From: a virus
Taxonomy: Duplodnaviria > Caudoviricetes
DNA length: 64,000 nucleotides
IMG/VR virus record: IMGVR_UViG_3300032070_000007
Location: 2,892-66,891 of that record
Strand: one strand, 5' to 3'
Shown here: positions 18,573 through 28,441 of the stretch, piece after piece
How positions within the stretch are numbered: position 1 is the first letter of the stretch
Layout: each line of letters starts with the position of its first letter
Made by a program: the position numbers and the translations under genes
The notes under the pieces: generated by a model
Databases searched by the model: none
What the model saw: the letters and a program-made list of their open reading frames with translations, nothing else
What the model was told of the DNA's origin: nothing

Positions 18573-19280
18573 ATGCCGATAGAGTGGGAACGTAAAGATA
18601 CTACTATTCAGGTTTGTGGTAGTGGCGAGCTAAAACCTAATGTACTCTACGTTGACGTGCATGAACCTGCTACTGTACACAAAGTGTTACAAGATAAAGG
18701 GATTCCATTCCAAGTCAAAAGTCTACAACCACTAGGAGACTTTGTGTACAATAACGCGAGTTGTGAAAGGAAGACTATCTTCGACCTTGCTGCTTCAACC
18801 TTAAGTGACCGTATATCAAAACAGTTCGAAAAGGTACCCGAGGGTTACTATAAGATGTTGATGATAATTCATCCTCTCAGCATGTTGAAGGAAGATTTTC
18901 ATACTAAAAACATAAACGAAGACTTTGTGTACGGGAGTATTGCGTCGTTGGCAGTGAGGTATAATGCAAGGATTTTGTGGGGGTACACCGAGAGAGAAAC
19001 GATACCAGTTATGGTGAAGATGTTGAAGAAGTTTTCAGAGAACAAGGCGGATGTACCAAGACAACATACAATTGGTAAAGGTGCAGGATCGAGGGTTGGT
19101 AATATCATTAGGAATTTCTTACGGGTAGAACCGGGTATCGCGAGTGCATTGGTTGCTAACTCCACTAGATGTAATAAGGGAGTATTAAAGTATATCATGG
19201 AGGCAAAGGACAGTGAGTTAATGTTGATTAGTGGGATGGGTCCAGTAACTATCAAGAGGATTAGGGAGTTAGTGGGTTAA
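18573..19280 (+). CDS. ERCC4/XPF-family structure-specific nuclease
   Basis: VDVHEP, GDF....CERKT..DL..S; C-terminal HhH ISGMGPVT. Confidence 0.88.
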   Translation: MPIEWERKDTTIQVCGSGELKPNVLYVDVHEPATVHKVLQDKGIPFQVKSLQPLGDFVYNNASCERKTIFDLAASTLSDRISKQFEKVPEGYYKMLMIIHPLSMLKEDFHTKNINEDFVYGSIASLAVRYNARILWGYTERETIPVMVKMLKKFSENKADVPRQHTIGKGAGSRVGNIIRNFLRVEPGIASALVANSTRCNKGVLKYIMEAKDSELMLISGMGPVTIKRIRELVG

Positions 19281-19390
19281 TGTTAGGGCAATATGTTATC
19301 TTAAGATTTCAGATTTGGGACGCGACGCGTCTAAGTTTTTTTCGAAGTCTTAAGACATCAGATAGTTTATCTCAGGCAGTGTGAACTTCC

Positions 19391-20590
19391 ATGAACTCCC
19401 CTTACAACCTCTGCATGCGTTCACTCTATGACCGCAAGCTCGCGTTCGTAGATAAATTCTTTCCCACTTACCTCTGCTCTATCGGTGCACACTTGATAAA
19501 CGTAGAAAACAAAGCAAGGTTCATCTACTTCGAGCACAAGATACCTGCCGATCTAAGAGTTCACATGTTTATAGTTGCACCTCCGGGATTCATGAAGTCG
19601 TATATTCTATTTCAACTCCTGGATCCAAACTTTGGTGTCCTTGCTGATTGCCAGGAGCCGGGGTTTGGTACTGAAGCTGATAAATGTGGAGTCGGTATCG
19701 GGTTTGAAGGGGCAATGACAGAGGCAGCGTGGACGGGTACTATTATTTCAAACGAAGGATCATCAGAAACACAATACGGTGCTGCTTATGAGCATCGAAA
19801 TAATATAGTTGGTATTGAGGAGTTTTCAGTTATTACCGATGCACTGAAACAGTCACATTCATCAACACTGGGTAACCAGTTACTAACGTCACTAGATAAG
19901 GGGTTCCTTAAAAAGAGATTAGGGAGAGGAAAAGTATTTTATCAGACCCAAGTAACGTTATGGACTGGTAGCCAACCAGCTCGTTTCGACCTTAGCGCGG
20001 GACTTCCACGCCGATTCTATTTCATAGAATTCATTCCAACAAAAGAAGAGAAAGCGATAATCAGAAATATGAGACGTTCAGGACAAAATGTGAATCCAGA
20101 TACGAGAGAGAAAATGGAAATTCGTGACTCCTTTATTGTACTTTGCAAGAAATTAAAGAAAGTAAAACGAATACGCTTTGATGAATCAATTCATATATTC
20201 TTTGACCAGTTCAAAATGTTACACTTTGAAGAACCCCTCTATGAACGCATTGCATTAGGTTATACGATTATGACGAATAATTTTGAGGATGAAATTACTG
20301 TTCATATGACACCAGAATTAAAGACTGTTATGTTACAAGGAATGCAATGGCGACGTTCAATTAAGCTAGACTCAGAGATTAATCAAATAATAACGTTGTT
20401 AAAAGATGAGGGCGGAAAGATGACAATGCAAGATAGTTTGTTAGCGTTGGCAGATTTTGGGGTTGATTATATTCGAGGGGTTGACATAATCGACAGAGCG
20501 GTTAGGAGTAGAAGAATACTACGAACAGGAGATATGTTGGCGTTGAAATGGTTTGTGGGGGTGAAGAAGGATGCCAAAAAATTGGAATGA
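19391..20590 (+). CDS. MCM-like AAA+ helicase/ATPase
   Basis: HMFIVAPPGFMKS (Walker A), GIEEF (Walker B), LPRRF arginine-finger region. Confidence 0.7.
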   Translation: MNSPYNLCMRSLYDRKLAFVDKFFPTYLCSIGAHLINVENKARFIYFEHKIPADLRVHMFIVAPPGFMKSYILFQLLDPNFGVLADCQEPGFGTEADKCGVGIGFEGAMTEAAWTGTIISNEGSSETQYGAAYEHRNNIVGIEEFSVITDALKQSHSSTLGNQLLTSLDKGFLKKRLGRGKVFYQTQVTLWTGSQPARFDLSAGLPRRFYFIEFIPTKEEKAIIRNMRRSGQNVNPDTREKMEIRDSFIVLCKKLKKVKRIRFDESIHIFFDQFKMLHFEEPLYERIALGYTIMTNNFEDEITVHMTPELKTVMLQGMQWRRSIKLDSEINQIITLLKDEGGKMTMQDSLLALADFGVDYIRGVDIIDRAVRSRRILRTGDMLALKWFVGVKKDAKKLE

Positions 20591-20909
20591 ACTAGAAGAG
20601 AGGGTCAGTAGACCGCGTACCAGTAAACTGCGGCCACCTATGCCGACTGAGATACAAATAAACAATATAATCAACAAATTGTGCATACAGCAGTGCGGTA
20701 AAATACCAACTCACATCTCTGAGTGCAAGGGATGCACTATTGAGTATAGTAGTGCTGGCGTACACTCAATATATACTTGTAAGATACGATTACTATCCGA
20801 TAACATCAACTTTGCTCTAGAGATGAGGTGGAGGGATCTTACTACCCACTACTATAAGGAATTAAAAGAGGTGATAATAGATGCCGAAAACACTACAAAT
20901 AATACTTGA
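20571..20909 (+). CDS. hypothetical protein
   Basis: GGGGTGA RBS; Cys cluster. Confidence 0.55.
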   Translation: MPKNWNELEERVSRPRTSKLRPPMPTEIQINNIINKLCIQQCGKIPTHISECKGCTIEYSSAGVHSIYTCKIRLLSDNINFALEMRWRDLTTHYYKELKEVIIDAENTTNNT

Positions 20910-21261
20910 AGAGGAGGTTCATAGGAAATTCAAACTCTGGTGCATCTCAAAAAATAAAGCGATGTCAGAGTTTGTAAAAGAACTCATACTCAAATGCATT
21001 GAGGGTTTCGATCCTAACGAAGTGATAAAACTGACATCAATGATAGATGCATGCAGACATGTGGAACTAACGACAGCAAGTGGAGCAGTGATACGGTTAC
21101 CTATTCCAAATCTAGTTGAAAAAGTTGGAAATCAAACAATCATAACCGTGCCTAATGACACAGCCGAGGAGGATATAGAGTTGATTGGAACAGTTCCTAA
21201 TTCTGTCGTAAAGACGAATAAGGAATGGAGAACTGATGTACCTTTATCGACATTGGGGTGA
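20881..21261 (+). CDS. ribbon-helix-helix domain protein
   Basis: KTLQIILEEEVHRKFKLWC....MSEFVKELI is ParG/RHH-like; GAGGTGA RBS. Confidence 0.7.
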   Translation: MPKTLQIILEEEVHRKFKLWCISKNKAMSEFVKELILKCIEGFDPNEVIKLTSMIDACRHVELTTASGAVIRLPIPNLVEKVGNQTIITVPNDTAEEDIELIGTVPNSVVKTNKEWRTDVPLSTLG

Positions 21262-21265
21262 AAAT

Positions 21266-21589
21266 GTGGAGCTAAGTATGTTGATAAAAATCTACGCAGT
21301 TGCGAATCTACGACATTCCAAATGCACAAACCCTAATCACGACGAGTTTGGACACTTATGTGAAGAAATGATTGAGTTGAAGGCTGCATGTAACTCTGAT
21401 AATAGAGTTAAGATTGCAGAGGAGTTAGCGGACGTTGTGATAGTTGCAGTGATGTTCGCGAATAAGCTTAATATTGACTTGACAATAGCGTTGGAAGAGA
21501 AGACAGCAAAGAATTTCAAGAATGGTAGATTGGGCACCTTAGACGTCATAGGTACAAGGCAGGGACAGATGCCTCAGTACACAGCTTGA
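21266..21589 (+). CDS. MazG-like NTP pyrophosphohydrolase
   Basis: HLCEEMIEL...IAEELADV...K..KN. Confidence 0.85.
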   Translation: MELSMLIKIYAVANLRHSKCTNPNHDEFGHLCEEMIELKAACNSDNRVKIAEELADVVIVAVMFANKLNIDLTIALEEKTAKNFKNGRLGTLDVIGTRQGQMPQYTA

Positions 21590-21611
21590 TATGGGAGGTG
21601 ATAAACAAACC

Positions 21612-21860
21612 ATGTCAGGAAAAGCTACGGGAACTAAGCATATGGGAACTAAATTCCTAGGATTCTTCTTCGGTCTAGTGCTTGCTGTAATCTACACAGT
21701 GAAGGAGTTTTTCGCTCCAACCTTTGTAATTATCACTGCAATGCCGAACATACTCTTTGCTTGGGCGATGTTCTTGATCGTGATACCACTGATAGTCTTC
21801 TTTGCAGAACTACTTTGGCGCTTTGTACACGCATACAGCGAAAAGTTCCCAGTTGAGTAG
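21612..21860 (+). CDS. small membrane protein
   Basis: Two long hydrophobic stretches; GGAGGTGA RBS. Confidence 0.65.
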   Translation: MSGKATGTKHMGTKFLGFFFGLVLAVIYTVKEFFAPTFVIITAMPNILFAWAMFLIVIPLIVFFAELLWRFVHAYSEKFPVE

Positions 21861-21871
21861 GAGGTGAAAAC

Positions 21872-22264
21872 GTGACAGAAAAAGAAATAATACCACAATG
21901 GAAGCAAGTACTAAAGGCAGGAGTCATCATTGCAACAGTGATTTTCACTGCCCTTGAACTAATGATTGTTAGTGGTCTAGTGACACTTCAAAACAGTCCA
22001 TTGCTACCACCGAATCTGCAAACTCAAACGAACTGGTATGATAATCCAATCGTTTGGGCAATCGGTGCAGTGATCATTGTCAACTTTGCTGGATACATTG
22101 AGAACACCGTAATCAATAACCAAACCTATGATATTACAAAGTTCGGAGAAACACTATACAAATACATGCCAATGATGATTATAATCTCGCAGTTCCTGCC
22201 AAACAACGAAGCAGCTGTGTTGTCATTTGTACTCGACTACTTAAAGCGAACATTCCAGAAATAG
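21872..22264 (+). CDS. membrane protein (possibly holin-like)
   Basis: 2-3 hydrophobic segments; GGAGGTGA RBS. Confidence 0.65.
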   Translation: MTEKEIIPQWKQVLKAGVIIATVIFTALELMIVSGLVTLQNSPLLPPNLQTQTNWYDNPIVWAIGAVIIVNFAGYIENTVINNQTYDITKFGETLYKYMPMMIIISQFLPNNEAAVLSFVLDYLKRTFQK

Positions 22265-22278
22265 TTCGCTCCCCTCTC

Positions 22279-22295
22279 TTTTTTTTTAAAAAAAA
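22279..22295. terminator. bidirectional oligo-T terminator
   Basis: T9 followed by A8 exactly where the + and - strand gene blocks converge. Confidence 0.75.
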
Positions 22296-22298
22296 GGA

Positions 22299-22451
22299 TT
22301 ACCGGTGAGCTTTTGCCCATTCTTCCGGTGTTCCCAACGGGTACGGTTTTTGACACCTAAAGCACTGCTTTGGAACATTCTCGGGTTTATGTTTTGAAAT
22401 CGCAAACGTTGAGTGATAATGACCGCATTGCGGGCAGTTAAATTCACCCAC
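22299..22451 (-). CDS. Zn-ribbon microprotein (50 aa, not in ORF track)
   Basis: GGAGGTGA, GTG start: MGEFNCPQCG...KQCFRCQKPYP...*. Confidence 0.65.
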   Translation of the reverse strand: MGEFNCPQCGHYHSTFAISKHKPENVPKQCFRCQKPYPLGTPEEWAKAHR

Positions 22452-22744
22452 TATTTCACCTCCGGTTGAAAGTACACTTCTCTACCATTACGTTCTTTTT
22501 TAGCGAGTCCTTGTACAGCTAGCTGGTTTAGATAAGCCGATTCTACTGCTCTTGCACGCTTCGTGATGTTCGCAATGTCTGTTGCAGTTGCTCGTCCTAA
22601 CTGTGCTAACACAAGAACCGTCTTACGCAAATGATCCGGCAGGCTTAGCACGGTATTCCAATCGTATCCTGATGGAGACTGCCTTTCTTTGCGTTGCAAA
22701 CGTAGCTCGTCCAGAATCTGTTGTAAGAGTGCTTCAACTGTCAT
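22451..22744 (-). CDS. winged-helix transcriptional regulator
   Basis: LPDHLRKT...GRATATDIA..TKRARAVESAYLNQL...KERNGREVYF. Confidence 0.85.
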   Translation of the reverse strand: MTVEALLQQILDELRLQRKERQSPSGYDWNTVLSLPDHLRKTVLVLAQLGRATATDIANITKRARAVESAYLNQLAVQGLAKKERNGREVYFQPEVK

Positions 22745-23187
22745 GGTAACACCTCTGTAGCTTTAACGTTCATTGTGTAGCTGAAGTTGCTACCAGTAGC
22801 ATTTGTTGCAATAGTTAGAGTTGTAGTAATAGGCACAACACCCAATGGTTGCAGTATTTGTCCTGTGTAGTTCCATGCAACAGCTATGTACGTTGAAGCA
22901 TTTACCGGATTCCAACTAGTAGTGTTGTAGCTTAGTGTTGCATTCACATTTCCTGTATTCTTAGCAAAGAAAGTTACTGCAGCCATTTCGCCTGGTGACA
23001 ATGTACCCCAATCAATATGCGTCAGCGGTATTGTGCAAGCACTGTCGGCAAAAACATCGAGTCCGATTCCTCTTATCTTGCCGACGTTAGATATAGGGCG
23101 TGTAGTCGTTAAGGCAATCACTATTGCAGCAACGATTATGGTTGCAACCAAAACTCCAGCTAAGATTTTTTCATTCTGAGTTGCCAT
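22741..23187 (-). CDS. membrane-anchored beta-sandwich surface protein
   Basis: Start MATQNEK after GGAGGTGA; N-terminal TM; IDWGTLSPG...KNTGNV...WNP...WNY; several N-x-S/T sequons. Confidence 0.7.
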   Translation of the reverse strand: MATQNEKILAGVLVATIIVAAIVIALTTTRPISNVGKIRGIGLDVFADSACTIPLTHIDWGTLSPGEMAAVTFFAKNTGNVNATLSYNTTSWNPVNASTYIAVAWNYTGQILQPLGVVPITTTLTIATNATGSNFSYTMNVKATEVLP

Positions 23188-23224
23188 ACAATCACCTCCA
23201 TTTCTCCTTATCGTAATATTGCCA

Positions 23225-23683
23225 CTAGAACACCCACTTCTTGATGAACTCAGCCTGGCCAATTGCGTAGTTGAAGTTGATGATGACATTGGTAGCCCAG
23301 TTATCGTATATAACTGAGTTAGTCGCAAGAATATAGAATGCTATGAAAACTGCCAGAACAAAGCTAGCACCGTTGATGAGGTATAGCCATTTGTTGAATT
23401 CCAAGCCATGTTTGAAGTATTCTTCTGCATTTGGCGGAGCTTCACCCTTTTCTGCTGCAGCTGTAGAAAGCTGCTTGTAATCCCGTAGCTTCTTGATCCA
23501 TGGTTGATACATTGCATATAGAGATCCTGCAAGCAATATCAAGAAGGTCATTACATAGTTAACATCAATTCCTGCTGCTCTTGGTAACAGGTACTTAAGT
23601 GACAGTGGAATAATCACTGCAATAGCAACAACGACCGCAATTAGCATATACTGCATTCGTCTAAGGTTCTTTTCTATTGACAT
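23225..23683 (-). CDS. multi-pass membrane protein
   Basis: At least three hydrophobic helices; GGAGGTGA RBS. Confidence 0.65.
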   Translation of the reverse strand: MSIEKNLRRMQYMLIAVVVAIAVIIPLSLKYLLPRAAGIDVNYVMTFLILLAGSLYAMYQPWIKKLRDYKQLSTAAAEKGEAPPNAEEYFKHGLEFNKWLYLINGASFVLAVFIAFYILATNSVIYDNWATNVIINFNYAIGQAEFIKKWVF

Positions 23684-23694
23684 ATAATCACCTC

Positions 23695-26600
23695 CTATCT
23701 ATGAGTGTGAGGACTGTGACCCCATAGTTCAAACCTGCCCTGAAAATTGGCAGTTTCGTCTAGGGACTTGAGATACAGATTTAAAGTCTTACCGTTAGCA
23801 TTGAACGGTAACGTGATAGTTGCAAATCCGGTTGGGAACATAGAAGTCCCTAATGCTGGAATATATGGAACACCAGTGATATATAACCCATCCGCACTTG
23901 GGTAGTCTACGCTATCGACTGTAACCTTTACCATTGCGAAGAGGGCTTTATCATATGCAGAACGTCTAGCGGTAACTCGAACAAACAATACGTCATGATC
24001 AACATTTGGAACAGCCAATGACCTAATTAAGGTAAACCCGGCTGTTCCACATGAGACGTTAGACCCGAAGTCTAATTGTGTTGCAGTTGCAACCACTCCT
24101 GCTGTTGGCACTGCAGAACGCATTTCACTGAAAACAACATTATCAAAGTAAAGGTCCACCCAAACATTGGGATTATAGTTGTATAATTTAATTAATGCCC
24201 ATCTAGCGGTTGAAGGTGTTGTACCTTCGGCTGTTGGATGATTCCAACCCGCAACTACACTTGCAGGAAAGCCAATAGCACCAACAACAGCTGATTTGGC
24301 AGCATTCCAGAATTCTACAACGCCAATGCCATAGCCGAATGTTGCGGCAACATTCGCATAAATATCTACGCCAAAGAAATATTTCTTATTGGGTAATATT
24401 GGAATCCAGACGCAATCAAACACTAAGTAGTCGCCGGGGTCGCAAGACATTCGCAAACTATGTTGTCCTTTCCAACTATATGCTATACTCCACTCATAAA
24501 AAGGACTTCCTGCAGAATAGGTCTTTGTCCAATAGTCTGGAACACCATCGCCATCTCTGTCAATCTCAAACGCTTGGTTTGGAACCATGTTCTCCGGCGG
24601 TGCCTGAATGTCAAACAACGGATACCGCGGAATATATCCTACAACACCAGCATTGCCCTTAAAGCATAGGTAATCCTTCGCTCCCCAGTACCAAAGTTTC
24701 CTGACACCACTAGGTTCGCTACTTAAATCGTCAAGTTCAATCTTTGCAGTTTTTACAGCATTTGCATTTAACTGAAGAGTATCAACAGTGCCTGTCGAAA
24801 TATACCCACCGTCAATCTTTGTAAGATCACTACCCTTCCGCCAGCTTGAAAGATACACAACCCCATCAATGAGCACCTTATCAGCATTAAGGTTGAGGAT
24901 TTTGGCAGTCTTAACAGAACCGTCAACCAATATCCGGTCAGCTTCAGTTCCCGTAATTGTGCCAGCTGCAATTCTATCAGCAGTTAGGCAAGCTGTTTGT
25001 ATATCTTGTGCTGTAATCGTTCCAGTTATCAAAGTGCCACCATGAATATAAGTGGCATTCCACAGCAGTATTGCAGTTCCAGTACTATTATAGACAATCA
25101 TATATCTGTCTGCAGCCCAAGCTGGCTTCGTACCACTTGCTATAAAAGTTGTACCCGGCTTTGTCCAATGAATATACGGATAGTTACTGTTTCCTGCAGC
25201 TATAGCGTACGCGACTCCCTCATAAACTAATGTACATGCAGACCATGCTACATAACCAGCTGAAGGAGAGTTATTTGTCAGCACAAGGCCTGTTAAGTAG
25301 ATAGACGCTACTGTCAACTTTTCTGCCGTTACAGCACCAGCTGCAATTTTGTCAGCTATTACTGCATTTGATTTTATCAGTGTTGAAGTTATTACTGGAA
25401 TGTTTGTTTGGACACCTCCTAGTCTATAGATCGTTTTTACCTCTTCGGCAGATAAGGCTCGATTGTAGACACGAGCCTCATCAACGTCTATGTCAAGCAA
25501 AACATCTTCTTGGATTCGTAACGGTATTCCAGCTGAACTTTGAATGTTACCTGTGCGAGCTGTAGGTGTTCCTCTTAAAACACCGTCTATATAAAGTGAC
25601 AAGTATGCTCCGTCATAGACACCAACAATATGATGCCAAGTCTCATATTGGTTCATTATAAATCGTGGGGAGTAGTATTCAATTCCAGCAATCGTCACAC
25701 CAAACATGTAAGTATCTAAGAGACTAGGATCCCATGCTGGTGCATCATAACCAAATATTTTGTACTTACCCTTGCCAAGAATAGTGCCCATCACTCCACC
25801 TTTATTAGTCATTTTCACCCAAAGTGAAACCGTGAGTTTATCCCCTGTAATGTTCAAACTTGTTGAGTCAAGCGCCTCCACATAGTCGTTTATACCATCA
25901 AAACTGAGGGCTTTGCCATATTTTCCGTCAACCCATGATGCCCCATAGATTGTGCCGTTGTTTTCATATTCACTTAAATCTCTTGTGGTTATTCCTGTTC
26001 CTTCGTCAAATGGAAAGTCAAGCACTTCTCCAACTCTACTTGTAACAAATCGAATAGCAGCCGTTTGAATTTTTGAGTCTGCTACGGCATCTGCAGCAAT
26101 TTTCGCTTCCGTTACTGCCCCCGCAAGAATTGCAGCTGCCTCTACAGCATTTGGCGCAATATCCAAAGCAACAATCTGCGTTGGCGTAGCAGATACTGCC
26201 GTACATTTGGCACTCTCATTTCCAGCGTTATCAACAGCTGTAATGGCAAAGTAATACAGCTGATAAGTTTCAACAGTATCTTTAGTCCATAAAAAGTACG
26301 GACGAGATGTTTGTCCAGCAACATTCAACGGCGGGTTCGTTGTTCCGTAATAAACCCTGTAGTACGAGAAGTCAGTCGCCGTAACAGGATTCCACTCTAA
26401 CATCACCCCATCAACTACTGCAGTGGGCACTAGTCCAGTAGGTACTGGAGGAGCTGTAGTATTAGCGGTCGTTACTATCACTTGTGTAGTACTCCAAGCC
26501 GAAGCTTGACCTTTTGGACTTACTGAACAAGCATGTATATCATAGGATGTATTAGCATCAAGACTTGGCGTAACAGCAATAGGATCTCCTGATGAAGGTT

Positions 26601-28440
26601 GTTCTACGTAATAATGTGTCCATTGTGCATCAACAGTCTTTTTGTAACTAACTACATAGCCACCAGCATTAGTTACCCTTGTAATGGTAACTTGAATCCA
26701 TGTTCTGAACTCGCCCGAAGTATCAACCTCTTGAGCTAAGCATGCGATGACGGGAACTGCAGGGATAACATCAGTTACATCCGTAATGACTTCCTTTTGC
26801 CCAGTTACAGGACATCCGGTCGCTAAGGTAGATTTCGCACTCTCGTTGCCTATGAAGTCGTAAGATGATACCCAGAAATAGTAGGGTGTTACTAAGTCAG
26901 TATCTATGATAATGACAGTAGCACCTGTTCGAGCAATCTCAATAGCACTGCCTGGCGTATTAGATGTGTACCGGTACACTTTGTACCCTTTCAGGTCAGC
27001 ACTTGTGACTGCTGTCCAGCTAACTTTGATAGCCCTTATTAGTCCGCTAGTTGTAGCAGCTACACCTGCCGGTACAGCTGGTGCAGAAGTATCCGTAGTT
27101 GCGACTTTTGCTACCGAAGCAGTATACGCTGACACCTTCTCATCCATGTTGAAGGATGCTACTTGCAGATAATACGTAGTTCCCATTGCAACAGGAGCAG
27201 TATAAAGTACGGCATCACCCGATGCTGGCTGTTCTATATCGGCATAGTTCCATATAGTTCCTTCTCCATTCACTTTCTTCTGCCAGCGTACTTTATATCC
27301 TGACATACCGGTAACGCGATGCACTGTCACTGCAAACAGGGTTACGAACGTACCATCGGTGTTCTGAATTGATGCTGGAACTACATCATCAGTTCCGAAT
27401 CCTGAAGGTGTAACTGGATCGATATCTGGTGCTGTAACTGGTGCAAAGATTCCTAACGATTCCCATTGCTCGATTTCCTCTAAATAGTCATCCAACAGTA
27501 GTTCTGCTTTTTCAACTTCAACCTCCGCATCAGTTAGTCTCTTCGTAACCTTTATAACTCGCACGACGGATGAAGCGTAATCTAGTTCTGCACAGTTCAG
27601 TATTACATAATCGCCAGCGTGAACATCATATCCCTGTACATAAGCTGGTGCCACTATAGGTGACTCTAAGGTAGTCGGAACTATACAGCCCGATGCTTCT
27701 ACATTAAGGTCAGCTAGTTTCTTTGCTGCCAGTGCATTAATCGTAGCCTGATCCGTTGCTGTTCGATCGGTGAATACAGCCACTTCTGTTCCGGTACCAG
27801 CTTCGCCAACTAAAGGTAACCCGGAAGCATCCAAGCCACGGATATAGACTTTGTCCCGCTTCTTTGCTCGATCTTTTCCTCGTTTCGGAACTGTAGTATA
27901 CTGTAATAGCCCTCTACCGGATGGGTAGCCAGTTCCAGCAGTACCAATGTTAATTCGCGGACTAGCTCCAGAGAAGTCTGGATAAAGGTCCTTACCGAGT
28001 ACCCATGCAATGAATCGGGCTGCATCATAGCAATAAGCTTTGTCATACCGAACTGAAAGCGTCGGTGTAGTCGGACAAGCACCTACAAGGACACCAGCGC
28101 TACTTGCAATAGCTGCTAAAATAACATCTGGCGTGATAGCGTCGTAATTACCTGTATGAACTTTTCGTTGCATTTGCTCATAACATGTCTGATAGCACTT
28201 ACATAGTAGTCCGCTCTGTTGAAACTCCGGTGCTCTCAATATACCAGTGAACTCTGATGTTGTGGCAGCTCCATCATTATACAGGATTTCAACAGTATGA
28301 TCAGCATTAACTAACGTTCTGTTGACATCATTATTCGGTAACGTAAATGCTGCTTCAATATGTCCGTTTAAGTTCTCTTCGATGTGATCGAATACAGCGT
28401 CGGTATATTCGACTGTATCGATCTTAATGAGCCAGCCCAT
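23695..28440 (-). CDS. tail tip / receptor-binding protein with FN3, LamG and CBM-like domains
   Basis: FN3 repeats (DTSAPAVP..W..V...Y.VY), LamG (GKYGKALSFDG, WHHIVGVYDG, DEARVYNRALS), C-terminal NQAFE...YFDNV; downstream of the tape measure gene. Confidence 0.8.
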   Translation of the reverse strand: MGWLIKIDTVEYTDAVFDHIEENLNGHIEAAFTLPNNDVNRTLVNADHTVEILYNDGAATTSEFTGILRAPEFQQSGLLCKCYQTCYEQMQRKVHTGNYDAITPDVILAAIASSAGVLVGACPTTPTLSVRYDKAYCYDAARFIAWVLGKDLYPDFSGASPRINIGTAGTGYPSGRGLLQYTTVPKRGKDRAKKRDKVYIRGLDASGLPLVGEAGTGTEVAVFTDRTATDQATINALAAKKLADLNVEASGCIVPTTLESPIVAPAYVQGYDVHAGDYVILNCAELDYASSVVRVIKVTKRLTDAEVEVEKAELLLDDYLEEIEQWESLGIFAPVTAPDIDPVTPSGFGTDDVVPASIQNTDGTFVTLFAVTVHRVTGMSGYKVRWQKKVNGEGTIWNYADIEQPASGDAVLYTAPVAMGTTYYLQVASFNMDEKVSAYTASVAKVATTDTSAPAVPAGVAATTSGLIRAIKVSWTAVTSADLKGYKVYRYTSNTPGSAIEIARTGATVIIIDTDLVTPYYFWVSSYDFIGNESAKSTLATGCPVTGQKEVITDVTDVIPAVPVIACLAQEVDTSGEFRTWIQVTITRVTNAGGYVVSYKKTVDAQWTHYYVEQPSSGDPIAVTPSLDANTSYDIHACSVSPKGQASAWSTTQVIVTTANTTAPPVPTGLVPTAVVDGVMLEWNPVTATDFSYYRVYYGTTNPPLNVAGQTSRPYFLWTKDTVETYQLYYFAITAVDNAGNESAKCTAVSATPTQIVALDIAPNAVEAAAILAGAVTEAKIAADAVADSKIQTAAIRFVTSRVGEVLDFPFDEGTGITTRDLSEYENNGTIYGASWVDGKYGKALSFDGINDYVEALDSTSLNITGDKLTVSLWVKMTNKGGVMGTILGKGKYKIFGYDAPAWDPSLLDTYMFGVTIAGIEYYSPRFIMNQYETWHHIVGVYDGAYLSLYIDGVLRGTPTARTGNIQSSAGIPLRIQEDVLLDIDVDEARVYNRALSAEEVKTIYRLGGVQTNIPVITSTLIKSNAVIADKIAAGAVTAEKLTVASIYLTGLVLTNNSPSAGYVAWSACTLVYEGVAYAIAAGNSNYPYIHWTKPGTTFIASGTKPAWAADRYMIVYNSTGTAILLWNATYIHGGTLITGTITAQDIQTACLTADRIAAGTITGTEADRILVDGSVKTAKILNLNADKVLIDGVVYLSSWRKGSDLTKIDGGYISTGTVDTLQLNANAVKTAKIELDDLSSEPSGVRKLWYWGAKDYLCFKGNAGVVGYIPRYPLFDIQAPPENMVPNQAFEIDRDGDGVPDYWTKTYSAGSPFYEWSIAYSWKGQHSLRMSCDPGDYLVFDCVWIPILPNKKYFFGVDIYANVAATFGYGIGVVEFWNAAKSAVVGAIGFPASVVAGWNHPTAEGTTPSTARWALIKLYNYNPNVWVDLYFDNVVFSEMRSAVPTAGVVATATQLDFGSNVSCGTAGFTLIRSLAVPNVDHDVLFVRVTARRSAYDKALFAMVKVTVDSVDYPSADGLYITGVPYIPALGTSMFPTGFATITLPFNANGKTLNLYLKSLDETANFQGRFELWGHSPHTHR

Positions 28441-28441
28441 T

